IMG/VR virus record: IMGVR_UViG_3300008120_000428
Location: 1-28,985 of that record
Reading direction: 5' to 3' (one strand)
Length of the DNA: 28,985 nucleotides
From: a virus
Lineage: Duplodnaviria > Caudoviricetes
In this document: positions 17,601 through 25,345 of the stretch, one piece after another
Position numbering within the stretch: the stretch's first letter is position 1
How the letters are laid out: every line of letters starts with the position of its first letter
Position numbers and translations under genes: made by a program
Notes under the pieces: model-generated
The model's database searches: none
The model's input: only the letters and a program-made list of their open reading frames with translations
What the model was told of the DNA's origin: nothing

Positions 17601-20197
17601 AAATCTTTCAATTCCGCAAAAATCGGGAAATCTTGTTCAATTTGGGCAACAAAATCATTAAAGCCCTGTTGAGCATTACCAATAAAAGCAGAAAAACTAT
17701 TATCAACTGCGGTTAACGCTTGATCAATAGGTGTATTGATCGCTGATTGTATTGCTTGAACTCCAAGATTAAATCCTTCTACAACTTTCTGACCAATTTC
17801 CTCAAAAACCCTTGACGGTGACTGAATACCTAAACGTTTTTCAGCTTCTTTAATCACCTGTTCGCTTAAAGTTTCGGCAGCGATGCCCGCTTCCCCTATT
17901 TTACTTTCAATCCCTTGAACAAACCCATCGCCTACGCTTTCCCCCATTTCTAACGCACGATCCGCTTCACGCGCAAGATTTGTTAACCCCGTTTTAGTGC
18001 GTTTATTGCCAATAGTTTGCCGTTGTATTTTCTCAACAGCTTTTCTTTCTTTTTCTAATTGTTTAGCTAAATCACTATCAGGTTCAATCTCTTGAATCAA
18101 ATCATCGTAAATCAGCTTAAGGGTTTCCGTAGCACCGACAATAGTTTCCCCAACCTCAAAAGCTAAATCTTTATTGCCATCAGCAATAGCTTCTTTAAAC
18201 TCTTTAACTTGTTCTTTAATTTCGCTAAAAGATTGTTGAGTAACTTTTAGCTGGTCTTCTCGGTTTAATCCTTTAAACTTTTTATACTGCTGAGAAGATT
18301 GGATGTGGTTTAAAGTGTGCTGCTTGTTAGATGTTTTTAAAGAATCTAAATAAGCAACATATTTAGCATAAAGACTATTATTTATTAATTCTTTAGGTTC
18401 TTGTTTTTTAGGTTGGTTGCCTGGCTTTTTAGACCCAAACATATCACCTATAAGCTTAGCGATCAATCTACCAGCCTTAACTAACCAGCCAAGAATAGGA
18501 ATATTTTCTAAGCTATCCCAAAAACTTCCTATTGCTTCTTTAACCTCTTCTTCGCCTTCACCTAAACCCTGAACAAATCCAGCCACTGACTGTTGAGCCA
18601 TTCTTCTAAATTTTTTAGACGGTGACTGAATTTCTAAATCGTTTTTAGCTTTTTCAATAACTGAATCAACTAATTCCTCAGTAACATCAATTGCGTCAGG
18701 TTTATTGCCCTGTACTCCTTGAACAAAACCTTCTATAGTGTCTTTCCCAAGTTTGTCAAAAGCACTGCCAGATTTTTTACCTAAACCGAATAACTTGCCA
18801 AGTAGCTTTTTAATTGAAGCAATCATGCTTTCGCTTGCATTCTTGCCAGACTCCTCAAGCTTTACTTGTTCAGCTTCAAAAGCTACGGCAAAACCTTTAT
18901 CTCTGACAAATATCGAATCATAACCCTTTTTCTGTAAAAGCTTAGTTTTATCTCTGTGATACTGTTGATATTTTTCCCCTGTGGGATCCTCTTGAGAAAA
19001 AGGATCAATCAATTCGCCTCTTTTTTGTGCGTGTTTAATGAAGTTTTGATAGCCTTTTTCGGTAACGATAAAAGGATTTTTGACATTCAATCTTGCCTTT
19101 AATACCTCTGGACGACGATGCTCCGAAGCGTAGCTTTCAGCTTCGCCAAGTTTATCAGTCAAGTAAAATCCCTTGCCATAAATGGCATCTTGAACTCGAT
19201 CCACGTCAATCCCTTGCTGTCGAATTGATTTGGCTCCTGCTTTACTTGTTCCGTGATAGAAATCCATATTAAGGATTTCTTGTATTTTCTTATTAATAGC
19301 CGATTTGGCAGAATCAAGGGATTTTTCAATCCCAATCTCAAACCCTTCCCCAGAACTTTCACCTAACTTCTCAAATTCCTTAGACGGCGAAGCAATACCT
19401 AATCTTTTTTTCGCTCCCTCAATCGCTGATTCTGCTAACTCTTTTCCGCTATTTCTTACCTTATTTAACTTTTCTTCAATCCCTTTAATAAACCCTTCGC
19501 TGGTTTCCGTGCCAACCAGGTGCATTAAACCAGTTTTAGCCGATCCTGCTTTTTTAGGCTGTCCTTTTAAAACTTCGTTTTGAATGCTAGTTAAATATCT
19601 TTGATTTGCCTGAATTGATTTAGTGCCACTAAGATCAGACGGGACAGCTTCCAGTAAATCCTTGTAAACTTTTCGGGTTGACTCTACTAACGCTAAAACG
19701 TTTTCACCAATTTCTAAAACAAGCTGACTATCCCCTTCTTTAATTGCTTTTCTAAATTCTTTGATTTGTTTGACGACATCAGCTTTATAACTTCCAATCG
19801 CTTCTTTTCGCTCAGGAATCGTTAGATTTTTGTAATCAGGAATAATGCCCTTAACTGTTTCTTCTGCCTGTTTTTGAGCATCTTGAACCAATTGATCAAG
19901 GTAAACAATGTATTGATCAATTAAAGTTACTGGATTGTCAGTCAACCCTGCTGTTTTCTTGGCAAAGTCATAGGTTTTAGTGCGAATATTATCAAAAAAG
20001 CCTAAGAAACCATTACCAATGCCCACCTGATTGTTTAGGCGCGATCGCGAAAGGATCGTATTTATCCAAAGTTTGATTAATCGTTCCCGCAACCCTTCCA
20101 GTAACAGGAACCTTAACCCCACGGGCAAACACATCAGTCCCGGCCCGACTAGCCAAAAAGGGAGCCACTTGATCCCTGACCGTGCCATCGAGAACAC
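11627..20197 (-). CDS. Tape-measure protein, main (C-terminal) part: SPS repeats, ART, tape-measure domain, permuted M23, L,D-transpeptidase-like, SLT and coiled coils
   Basis: LALTSVTGSAEAGAKGLAFVREEAQRLG and AEEVRGQLGE (tape measure); RKESGF/GAVGIAQL/ALSAYKAGPG (SLT); FADGG C-terminal motifs. The first ~58 codons are probably not real (see the frameshift finding). Confidence 0.9.
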   Translation of the reverse strand: MFSMARSGIKWLPFWLVGPGLMCLPVGLRFLLLEGLRERLIKLWINTILSRSRLNNQVGIGNGFLGFFDNIRTKTYDFAKKTAGLTDNPVTLIDQYIVYLDQLVQDAQKQAEETVKGIIPDYKNLTIPERKEAIGSYKADVVKQIKEFRKAIKEGDSQLVLEIGENVLALVESTRKVYKDLLEAVPSDLSGTKSIQANQRYLTSIQNEVLKGQPKKAGSAKTGLMHLVGTETSEGFIKGIEEKLNKVRNSGKELAESAIEGAKKRLGIASPSKEFEKLGESSGEGFEIGIEKSLDSAKSAINKKIQEILNMDFYHGTSKAGAKSIRQQGIDVDRVQDAIYGKGFYLTDKLGEAESYASEHRRPEVLKARLNVKNPFIVTEKGYQNFIKHAQKRGELIDPFSQEDPTGEKYQQYHRDKTKLLQKKGYDSIFVRDKGFAVAFEAEQVKLEESGKNASESMIASIKKLLGKLFGLGKKSGSAFDKLGKDTIEGFVQGVQGNKPDAIDVTEELVDSVIEKAKNDLEIQSPSKKFRRMAQQSVAGFVQGLGEGEEEVKEAIGSFWDSLENIPILGWLVKAGRLIAKLIGDMFGSKKPGNQPKKQEPKELINNSLYAKYVAYLDSLKTSNKQHTLNHIQSSQQYKKFKGLNREDQLKVTQQSFSEIKEQVKEFKEAIADGNKDLAFEVGETIVGATETLKLIYDDLIQEIEPDSDLAKQLEKERKAVEKIQRQTIGNKRTKTGLTNLAREADRALEMGESVGDGFVQGIESKIGEAGIAAETLSEQVIKEAEKRLGIQSPSRVFEEIGQKVVEGFNLGVQAIQSAINTPIDQALTAVDNSFSAFIGNAQQGFNDFVAQIEQDFPIFAELKDLILGLAAGVALNNIFELLVGQITALGDASFGAVLELESMRLALTSVTGSAEAGAKGLAFVREEAQRLGVELKTAEEAYTGFLAVTKYTVLQGKQADRIFSVFQETAARRGLSNEEQGRMFAAINQAISKRKLSAEEVRGQLGEIPGLAFESTVARSMGVNPAQLSEMMGDGLLMAEDVFPKVAALYEAENAKIAGGTETTAQALTRFQNAIVNLQRSFEGWIAPAKTFFNFFAAAIEKISEIIPIVVRYLGIFSAALFIDFAKISIELAKFLGGLKSVQAVLSVLARIAVAAFKLIYKELLIFLGQFALLTLAFDAVGAAIYVLSNNAFPELKKDIEEATKEANRLKEALDNVGKATQTIPKELPKTEEEIVTSRNWNILGWDTGFNLEGARQSLNNIDKALGFEPMLTTLGQQEFANFQENVGGLLSQVDSNLMEQFNVEKTIKEIRELDKELAKARSRQFNIPAGDKKRYEAAIKEQQKLIEERDKRLDVTANFETALQNSKARIEKQLKTLDELVARRGITEEAEKALRAQLEHRLKDIDKTSTAFDDLMSNLQKSVNALTLALRNLNEQAAYFNETLQRNATNARVQFIRRARAAGVGSQVRDLGLEEIEQNTLEARIVFLRDQLGAVNEILTKPDFADVLTELRQQAEDMGVNLENTATIDRLIAENRSQQETAVLNTLKEQLRLQDELGQAEENLEQSISSTRSGITDLNNSVEEFFFNLTQRIDEAIVEVDRILNRLKYTDIKNRLQRALVPGSNTFVNGLVGQIQGIFDRASGIVEQLLGQRSARINFVGERRGLQVELENFTRNLGGATEALELFRQGLLGSQPSGGGQPSASGRFSLGKIGDTGIGSGSHLDIRGRDAKGNIMSEARLREFFSQVYVDGKPLSEQLNKITSGYGIRRPPVPGASREHYAFDFGFPKGTPLEFRGAASSARSFFTRGNGNTVELTLPTGEKLQFLHLDSVANLGTIQRGGVNIPGNTRQQMPQNLQRGSNILVRRSGKKTPEGLEILQFDLVKDGKVVDTVIGGVTGRPSTQSTIGTDKTNIRGSETPLPDGSWSINRNHASRYLEQFNSGQLANYNPSQIPLGTVGPAWIGVEPNFSTGRSEIGFHLEDLQRGSAGCLVFTDPAQIAKLANWVVQSGAKSLYVDLDGKSTGQINNPGNTPRRGMPNVPFASLIESAARQAGIDPLLFAALVRKESGFRQEKSPGQILTSSAGAVGIAQLKRSTARELGVNPDKVAENLIGGAKYLARMLERFGGNIELALSAYKAGPGNVRNNQMARGTVQDVGIVMQYYREFQQASQVASANQPDVPNPPVPTVNNAAAEGLTNRLIQIKENQVNLGDAGVRQEIEGFLIELQQTQQDILRQMGDSIRQSTQSVIDAQNSLQDIRSQYSPQTQSAQLETELRGVENQFRDLDNQLFEQERGLTDNIQGLNNLLGQMKPILEILSTSTNQVDKESASFLMGLIGRLEQDKATYSGMLSEIQQLRGQLKEGQIDAENFVRAQAKLRTIQSDLERISTELSIAQEQNNLEQERAIALLQSRQQLELDLLQIAQDFEGEDRDKRLALAKEQARLREREIEYQFQSKSLTQEIELISQRLAIAQSLSNLGKINELELLQSQKQLEQEILEIKKQYPNLADQELRINLAKEQARLREIGIENNYNNQRWQRQQELFDMESRITEARATRLERSGQPFEAAAMREELAFRAELLRYEQEIEAIRQRYTDPADEQTRDELIRNAGILLELNLEQIDQQFKDLGETIRDTASGAFATFLEDTLTGTKSIGDAFLDMAQSILKSLAQIAARMAIGGLFRLLKLPIPGFADGGTIPNFAEGDTVKSAKVANLPFGNAQGNPFKGIQDALRKEGPQGVLAVFTPGEEILGLRTGEAQRYQRLKAQLGKNPLAKIGNFADGGTIGINESLLAGLNYGMPTAGRLPNNFGQTTQVSNYGGDRSVTVNVTAPNPSAFNASERQIGRTIAEYLSRV

Positions 20198-23100
20198 CTT
20201 GCTTGATTACCTGATCCGCAATAAAATTTCTGACCTCAGCCGGCAACCCCGGCGCAATCATCCCCGCTACTCCCCGTCCGCTTGCCTTAGCAGTATCCTG
20301 AATCGCTCCCATGCCCAACCCAGTAAATCGATCGCCCAAATATTCCCCTAGCAGACCCTCCCCACCCAAAGCCTGACCAACGCCCGTTAACGCTTCCCGA
20401 ACTGGCATTAACGCGGTCTTGGTTTGGGCATCTAAGAAAGATAGTCCCATGTTCCCCAAAAATCCTTGGGCTGCCACAGATTTCCCCACGGCGTGCAAGG
20501 GAGCGGATAAAATCTTGTTTGCTGCCGATGGTAAATGGGGAATAGCCAAATCAATATTAGGATCAGCTACTGTTTTGATAGTGCGATTAATCCCGTCGCC
20601 GATCGCCGTTTCTAACCACGATGGCATCAAAGCACCAATCAATTCATTGGCTCCCGTGGCTTCCATCACATCATTAATGCCTCGGCCAACCACCGACCCC
20701 GTGACATACCCGACGGCGGTTTTCCGAAGCGTATTAGGTAAAAACTTTCTATTATTGCCAAATTGCTGCCAGAATTCAGCCGTAGCCGGGGACATTCCTT
20801 GTTGCTGAAGCGATCGGAAATTAGAAACATCTTGGAATCCCGTTTCCGCAATCAAGCGCCCGGCCATCCCTCCTAGATATCCCCCAACTGGATCCCCGGT
20901 TAAGCCGCGCCCCAGCATTGCCCCCGGAATAGTCCCCAACAGACCGGCTAAAGTCCGATTAATCTCTTTGCCTAAATTAGTCCGAAGCTTTTCCCAAAAA
21001 AGGATTAATCGTCTTTGAGTTTTGTTGACAAATCCCTGATTTAACTGTTCAACGTCAACCCAGAAACCAGGCTCAATTTCTATCTCGGTTTGAGCCTTTT
21101 CAGCATCTAAAACCCTAGCTAAGGATTCCCTTAGCGTTTTTTGGTAAGTATCAAGTTGTCCCGCCAGCGGGGCAAGTCCTCCTCCTCTAGGAAGATCGGC
21201 TTGAGTATCCACATTGTTGCCGGCACTAGGAGGAAGTTCCACAGGTCCCACACGAACAACGTCAGGACTGCGATCGGGAGGCTGATTTCCGCTTCCGTCA
21301 GGTCTTCCCGGAGTATCCTGCTTAATCGGAACTTGATTAGGTTCATTTGGTTTTGTCTCTTTTTCTATTTCTTTATTAAGACTAGCAGCAGATTTTTGAA
21401 TTTTATTTAAAACTTTTCTTGCATTAATAAACTGAAAACTATAAGCATCTAATTCTTCAGAAAAAACCTTAGCTGTTTCTTCGGCAGACAATTTGCGTCC
21501 TAAAGTTTTTTCTATTGATTCAACGCTGCCTTGAGCTTGATACTCTAGCAAAGGAATTGCTTTTTGATTAAGATTTCCTTGCGTAGCCTGACTATTTAAC
21601 TCTTCTGTGTTTATTAATTTTTTAACGTATTTTTGAACACCGTGCCGAATTTCGTGGATTAAAGTCTCGACAACATCAGCATCAATTTCTCCCTTTGCAA
21701 GTTTATCAGCAATTTTTTTAGAAAGATAAATTTTATTATTCCTTATTTCAGCATTTACGCCTTCTTTTTGAATAATTTCATTAGATAACTGCGGCAATTT
21801 ATCAGGAGTTACCCCCGATAACTCACCCACTTGTTGAGCAATTTCTTGATAATTAACTTGCGCTACATTTTTAGTATCTTTAAATTTTAAATATTGTTCT
21901 GGAAATGCTAACGCTAAAGATGCTTGTAATTGATTGTAAGCAATAATTAGATCGTCTAATCCTTCTAAATTAAATTCAGAAATTATATTTTTAGCTAAAG
22001 CAATCTCCTCTAAAACAGTATCCGCTAATACATTTTTAGCTTTTTTGGGCAAAGAACTAGCAAGTTGTTTAGAGTTTAATAAAGTTTTAATATGATTGTT
22101 AAAAGTTGACTGCAAAGCAGTAGGAGTAACCATCTCAGGAAGATTTTTTAAAACGTCTGGATGAAAAAGATACTCTTTAAAATAGTGATTATCTAAATTA
22201 GCAATTTGACCAATATTTTCTAAATTTTGATTTTTATTTTTGCTTTGCGCCAAAAACTGTAACAATAAAGATTTTCTAACTTTATCGTTTTTTCCTAAAA
22301 AACCTTGATAATTTTTTTGATCAAAGCCGATTCCAATATCAGGAGTACCTGTGCCAATTCCTTTAACATCAGTAATTCCTGTCTTTTCTAAAATCGCGAT
22401 CGCTTCTTCAACAATTGTGCCACCTAAAGATTCCCCAATTAACTGGATTTTAGCGGTTGGGTCTTGTTTTTTTGCAGCAATAACTTTAGACGCTAATTTA
22501 ACTGCGTCTGGATTGTAACCGCGAATAAGATAATTTTGTAAATATTTATTATATTGCTCTAGCAAAAAATTATAAATATCTTCTGGTTTGCTACTAGGAT
22601 CAGAATTTGGATTGTTAACAGGAATAACATTAACGTTGTCTCTCCCAAAAAAATTCTTAATATTTTTTGCCGTGTTAACACTGCCACGGCCAGCGTTACC
22701 TCCAGCGCCTCCTACAGCAAAAACGTTAATCTTATTGGGATCAACTTTAACTGTTTCAGCTTTAGCCATTTCTTGAGCTTGTTTTACAGACTCGTTTTCA
22801 AGTCGTTCCTTGCGCCTAGCTTTTATCGTATTTTTAATTGCTTGCACTGGATCAGTGACAGAGGTTCCCGCAAATTTTCCAGCTTTAGCGAACGTAAACC
22901 CCGTTTTTTTTCCAAAACTTTGCTCAAATCCTTTAGCAATTTGCGCCCCAAATTGAAATAAAATTCCAGCGCCAAGAATCTGCAAGGGATTTCCTAACCC
23001 ACCCCCAATCTTAATTTTTTTAATCTCAGACCCTAAAGCTTTAGCCAACTCCTGAGAATCTGTCTTACTCTGTTTTTCCCTGCTTAATCCCCCCTTAGTC

Positions 23101-23378
23101 TCGACAATCACCGATCGAGCAGACAACTGGACAAATCTAGTTTCTAGCCTGACATTTTTAAGTTCTAGTCGATCAGGAAATCCGAAATTATTGCGGGTTT
23201 GAGAGCGACTTCTCAACCCTTCTACCATCCGATCTAAAGCCGTTAACTGTAATCGCTGGTCATCGCGAATTACTCGGAAAATAGTTAACTGCTTATCGGC
23301 TTCTCTATCTACCGTTTCCCGCAACTTCTCAACCGAATTAACAATCGCCTGAAATCCTGAATAATCCCGAACTGCCAT
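20013..23378 (-). CDS. Tape-measure locus, N-terminal part with alpha/beta-hydrolase (GESLG) and zincin (HEIRH) domains
   Basis: Starts 5 nt after the GT chaperone stop, the canonical tape-measure position. GESLG at 22422-22436; HEIRH at 21642-21656. Confidence 0.8.
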   Translation of the reverse strand: MAVRDYSGFQAIVNSVEKLRETVDREADKQLTIFRVIRDDQRLQLTALDRMVEGLRSRSQTRNNFGFPDRLELKNVRLETRFVQLSARSVIVETKGGLSREKQSKTDSQELAKALGSEIKKIKIGGGLGNPLQILGAGILFQFGAQIAKGFEQSFGKKTGFTFAKAGKFAGTSVTDPVQAIKNTIKARRKERLENESVKQAQEMAKAETVKVDPNKINVFAVGGAGGNAGRGSVNTAKNIKNFFGRDNVNVIPVNNPNSDPSSKPEDIYNFLLEQYNKYLQNYLIRGYNPDAVKLASKVIAAKKQDPTAKIQLIGESLGGTIVEEAIAILEKTGITDVKGIGTGTPDIGIGFDQKNYQGFLGKNDKVRKSLLLQFLAQSKNKNQNLENIGQIANLDNHYFKEYLFHPDVLKNLPEMVTPTALQSTFNNHIKTLLNSKQLASSLPKKAKNVLADTVLEEIALAKNIISEFNLEGLDDLIIAYNQLQASLALAFPEQYLKFKDTKNVAQVNYQEIAQQVGELSGVTPDKLPQLSNEIIQKEGVNAEIRNNKIYLSKKIADKLAKGEIDADVVETLIHEIRHGVQKYVKKLINTEELNSQATQGNLNQKAIPLLEYQAQGSVESIEKTLGRKLSAEETAKVFSEELDAYSFQFINARKVLNKIQKSAASLNKEIEKETKPNEPNQVPIKQDTPGRPDGSGNQPPDRSPDVVRVGPVELPPSAGNNVDTQADLPRGGGLAPLAGQLDTYQKTLRESLARVLDAEKAQTEIEIEPGFWVDVEQLNQGFVNKTQRRLILFWEKLRTNLGKEINRTLAGLLGTIPGAMLGRGLTGDPVGGYLGGMAGRLIAETGFQDVSNFRSLQQQGMSPATAEFWQQFGNNRKFLPNTLRKTAVGYVTGSVVGRGINDVMEATGANELIGALMPSWLETAIGDGINRTIKTVADPNIDLAIPHLPSAANKILSAPLHAVGKSVAAQGFLGNMGLSFLDAQTKTALMPVREALTGVGQALGGEGLLGEYLGDRFTGLGMGAIQDTAKASGRGVAGMIAPGLPAEVRNFIADQVIKQGVLDGTVRDQVAPFLASRAGTDVFARGVKVPVTGRVAGTINQTLDKYDPFAIAPKQSGGHW

Positions 23379-23383
23379 GACTA

Positions 23384-23668
23384 TTACCCCAACTCTTTCA
23401 ATCTTTTATCGATCGCTTCCTTATTGCCTTGCGCGGCGATAGCTGATTCCAAGAGGTTAAGTTTCCTTTCCTCTTTCTCAATCTCTACCGCCGCCTCAGC
23501 AAATAATTTAATCTGTCCGTAGGTGTATTCCTGAATTTCCTGCCAGGAGTGGCCAAATCGAATTAGCCTAGCGACTCGGATTCCCCAGTCGTCACCTCCG
23601 GAGTCTCCCCGTTGGGTTCTGCTGCTGGCCCTGGGTTGATTTTCTTGCCTATCCGGGAGAAAAAATCC
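23384..23668 (-). CDS. gpT-like extension of the tail assembly chaperone, reached by -1 frameshift
   Basis: The -1 frame opens right after a TAA at G-GAT-TTT-TTC (23659-23668) and reads ...DDWGIRVARLIRFGHSWQEIQEYTYGQIKLF...KELG* to 23384. Confidence 0.8.
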   Translation of the reverse strand, partial: GFFLPDRQENQPRASSRTQRGDSGGDDWGIRVARLIRFGHSWQEIQEYTYGQIKLFAEAAVEIEKEERKLNLLESAIAAQGNKEAIDKRLKELG

Positions 23669-24003
23669 TTATTCTGATCAATCACCTCGGATAACAAGGC
23701 AAAAACCTCATCATAAGTTAGCTCATCAATCTCTTCAGATTCCTTGCCAGAAACAAGGCTCAAAAGCTTAACAATATCGACTAAAACCGAGTAATCTTCC
23801 TCGCTTTTTTCGAGTAAAAAACTAACGATTGATCCGGTTGTTACATCTTCGCCTCCGAGAATAAATTGAACATATTTCTGAATAATTTCTAAGGCAGTGT
23901 TAAACTGCTTAAACTTAAACGGCTTAAGAACTAAGTCCCCGATGGAAGTATCGAAACTCCGATCAGGAATTAAAACAGAGAGTTGATTTTTTTTGGCAGC
24001 CAT
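23563..24003 (-). CDS. Tail assembly chaperone (gpG-like); probable ATG at 24003
   Basis: Lies between tail tube and tape measure; NKDFF slippery motif. The upstream part of the tracked ORF is a terminator. Confidence 0.82.
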   Translation of the reverse strand: MAAKKNQLSVLIPDRSFDTSIGDLVLKPFKFKQFNTALEIIQKYVQFILGGEDVTTGSIVSFLLEKSEEDYSVLVDIVKLLSLVSGKESEEIDELTYDEVFALLSEVIDQNKDFFSRIGKKINPGPAAEPNGETPEVTTGESESLG

Positions 24004-24010
24004 AAATAAT

Positions 24011-24037
24011 AAAAAAAAAGGACGGTTTTGCCGTCCT
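24011..24037 (-). terminator. Intrinsic terminator after the tail tube gene
   Basis: AGGACGG-CAAAA-CCGTCCT followed by T8 on the minus strand. Confidence 0.85.
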
Positions 24038-24073
24038 CGCAATCGCTAGAGTTCAACAAAAAACCAACTTCAA

Positions 24074-24862
24074 TTATACCGTAAAAATTCGATACATCCC
24101 CCCTTCATAACCAGCTACCGTTTCCAACGCTGGCTCATACAGGGCTTCGCCCGTTAGTTCCAATTGAGTCCCCGGGAAAGCATTTTTAATAAAATCTAGC
24201 GCACTTGCTGGATTAAAGCTAACCTTAAACACTTCAGCAACTATCGGAGTCAACTTGTCGGCCATATTTAAGCCATTAAATCGAACCCAAAGTTCGCTGT
24301 TTAAAGCCGTGTAACCACTAATTCGATTAATAGCACCAGCAATATAACTACATTGAACCTCTGTAGCATCAGCAATAGCGCTATTTTTAGGGATAAAAAC
24401 CTCTCCTGTTTTTAAGTTGACATTGTAATCAGTTCCTGCGACAGCAGTGGGGGTTATGCTCGTAAAGCTAGTAAGATTTGGTCTATTTAGAAAGAAACTA
24501 TATCCTCTATGAGCCGTATGCGCTTCGTTAGTAACAGTTCCTTGGGCAATAGTAGCACTTGTTCCGAATATTGCTTGAGCTAAATTCTCGACATCGACAT
24601 TCTCCATACGGACTGTTACTTGCAAAGACTGGCCTGGATATAATACAATATCTTTCCTGTTTTTGCCAGTTTGTGACTCCATGTGTTCAACTTTTTGCAC
24701 TGTTGGAGTAAGGACAAAACCGTCTTCGGGAACATTTCCAACAAAACGGGCTTTGTCCATTGGGCGCTTAGTTGTCGGATTAATTAAATCAAAAAAAACC
24801 TTTCCTTGTCCCAAAAGATACTTTGTTTCCTGTCCTGGAAAAATTTGTTGTGGTGCTACCAT
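24074..24862 (-). CDS. Major tail (tube) protein
   Basis: Position, AGGAGG RBS and downstream terminator; YLLGQGKVFF...FVGNV...VEHMESQTG...VRFNGLN pattern. Confidence 0.88.
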   Translation of the reverse strand: MVAPQQIFPGQETKYLLGQGKVFFDLINPTTKRPMDKARFVGNVPEDGFVLTPTVQKVEHMESQTGKNRKDIVLYPGQSLQVTVRMENVDVENLAQAIFGTSATIAQGTVTNEAHTAHRGYSFFLNRPNLTSFTSITPTAVAGTDYNVNLKTGEVFIPKNSAIADATEVQCSYIAGAINRISGYTALNSELWVRFNGLNMADKLTPIVAEVFKVSFNPASALDFIKNAFPGTQLELTGEALYEPALETVAGYEGGMYRIFTV

Positions 24863-24892
24863 ATTAAGCCTCCTATTTTTTTAAATTTTAAC

Positions 24893-25345
24893 CTAAAAAT
24901 CATCCTCGCTGCTATGGCTATCTATCACAAAAGGTGATTTACCGTTAACACTGCGATCATGATTAATTAAGTCAATCAATTTGTCCAGTTTTTGCTGATG
25001 TTTCGTGACCCGTACCGAAACACGGCGCACGTCTTCCTTAGCTGTCCCCGCCGTTTTATCAATTTGTTCTCTAAGTTCGTTTAGACTAAACTTAATAAGC
25101 TCAAAATCTTTGCTTAATAACTCAATTTTATTTTGATTATCTTTTTTAATATCCTCAACGCTGTTTTGCAAGCGAATTAAAAAAATAATCCCTCCCAGCA
25201 AAAACACCCAATTATTCTCTAAAAATTTACCAATCTTAAAACTATCTTCTGCCTGCGTAGTGACTAAATGCCCCTGTTGTCCACTAGGCGCATGATACAC
25301 AGGAGGAGTCACCGTTAACCCTGTAGCAAGCAAAAAACTAATCAT
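24893..25345 (-). CDS. Membrane protein with one TM segment plus coiled coil (possibly holin-like)
   Basis: NNWVFLLGGIIFLIRL hydrophobic segment followed by a heptad-rich region. Confidence 0.5.
   Translation of the reverse strand: MISFLLATGLTVTPPVYHAPSGQQGHLVTTQAEDSFKIGKFLENNWVFLLGGIIFLIRLQNSVEDIKKDNQNKIELLSKDFELIKFSLNELREQIDKTAGTAKEDVRRVSVRVTKHQQKLDKLIDLINHDRSVNGKSPFVIDSHSSEDDF

Noticed and set aside
20015-20040. Canonical programmed frameshift signal in the tape measure
   Set aside because: The shift needed is +1 and no recognised slippery heptamer or stimulatory element is visible; a single-base insertion is simpler.
11627-23378. Intein or intron explaining the tape-measure size
   Set aside because: No intein splice-junction or LAGLIDADG/HNH motifs were noticed; size is explained by enzyme domains and repeats.
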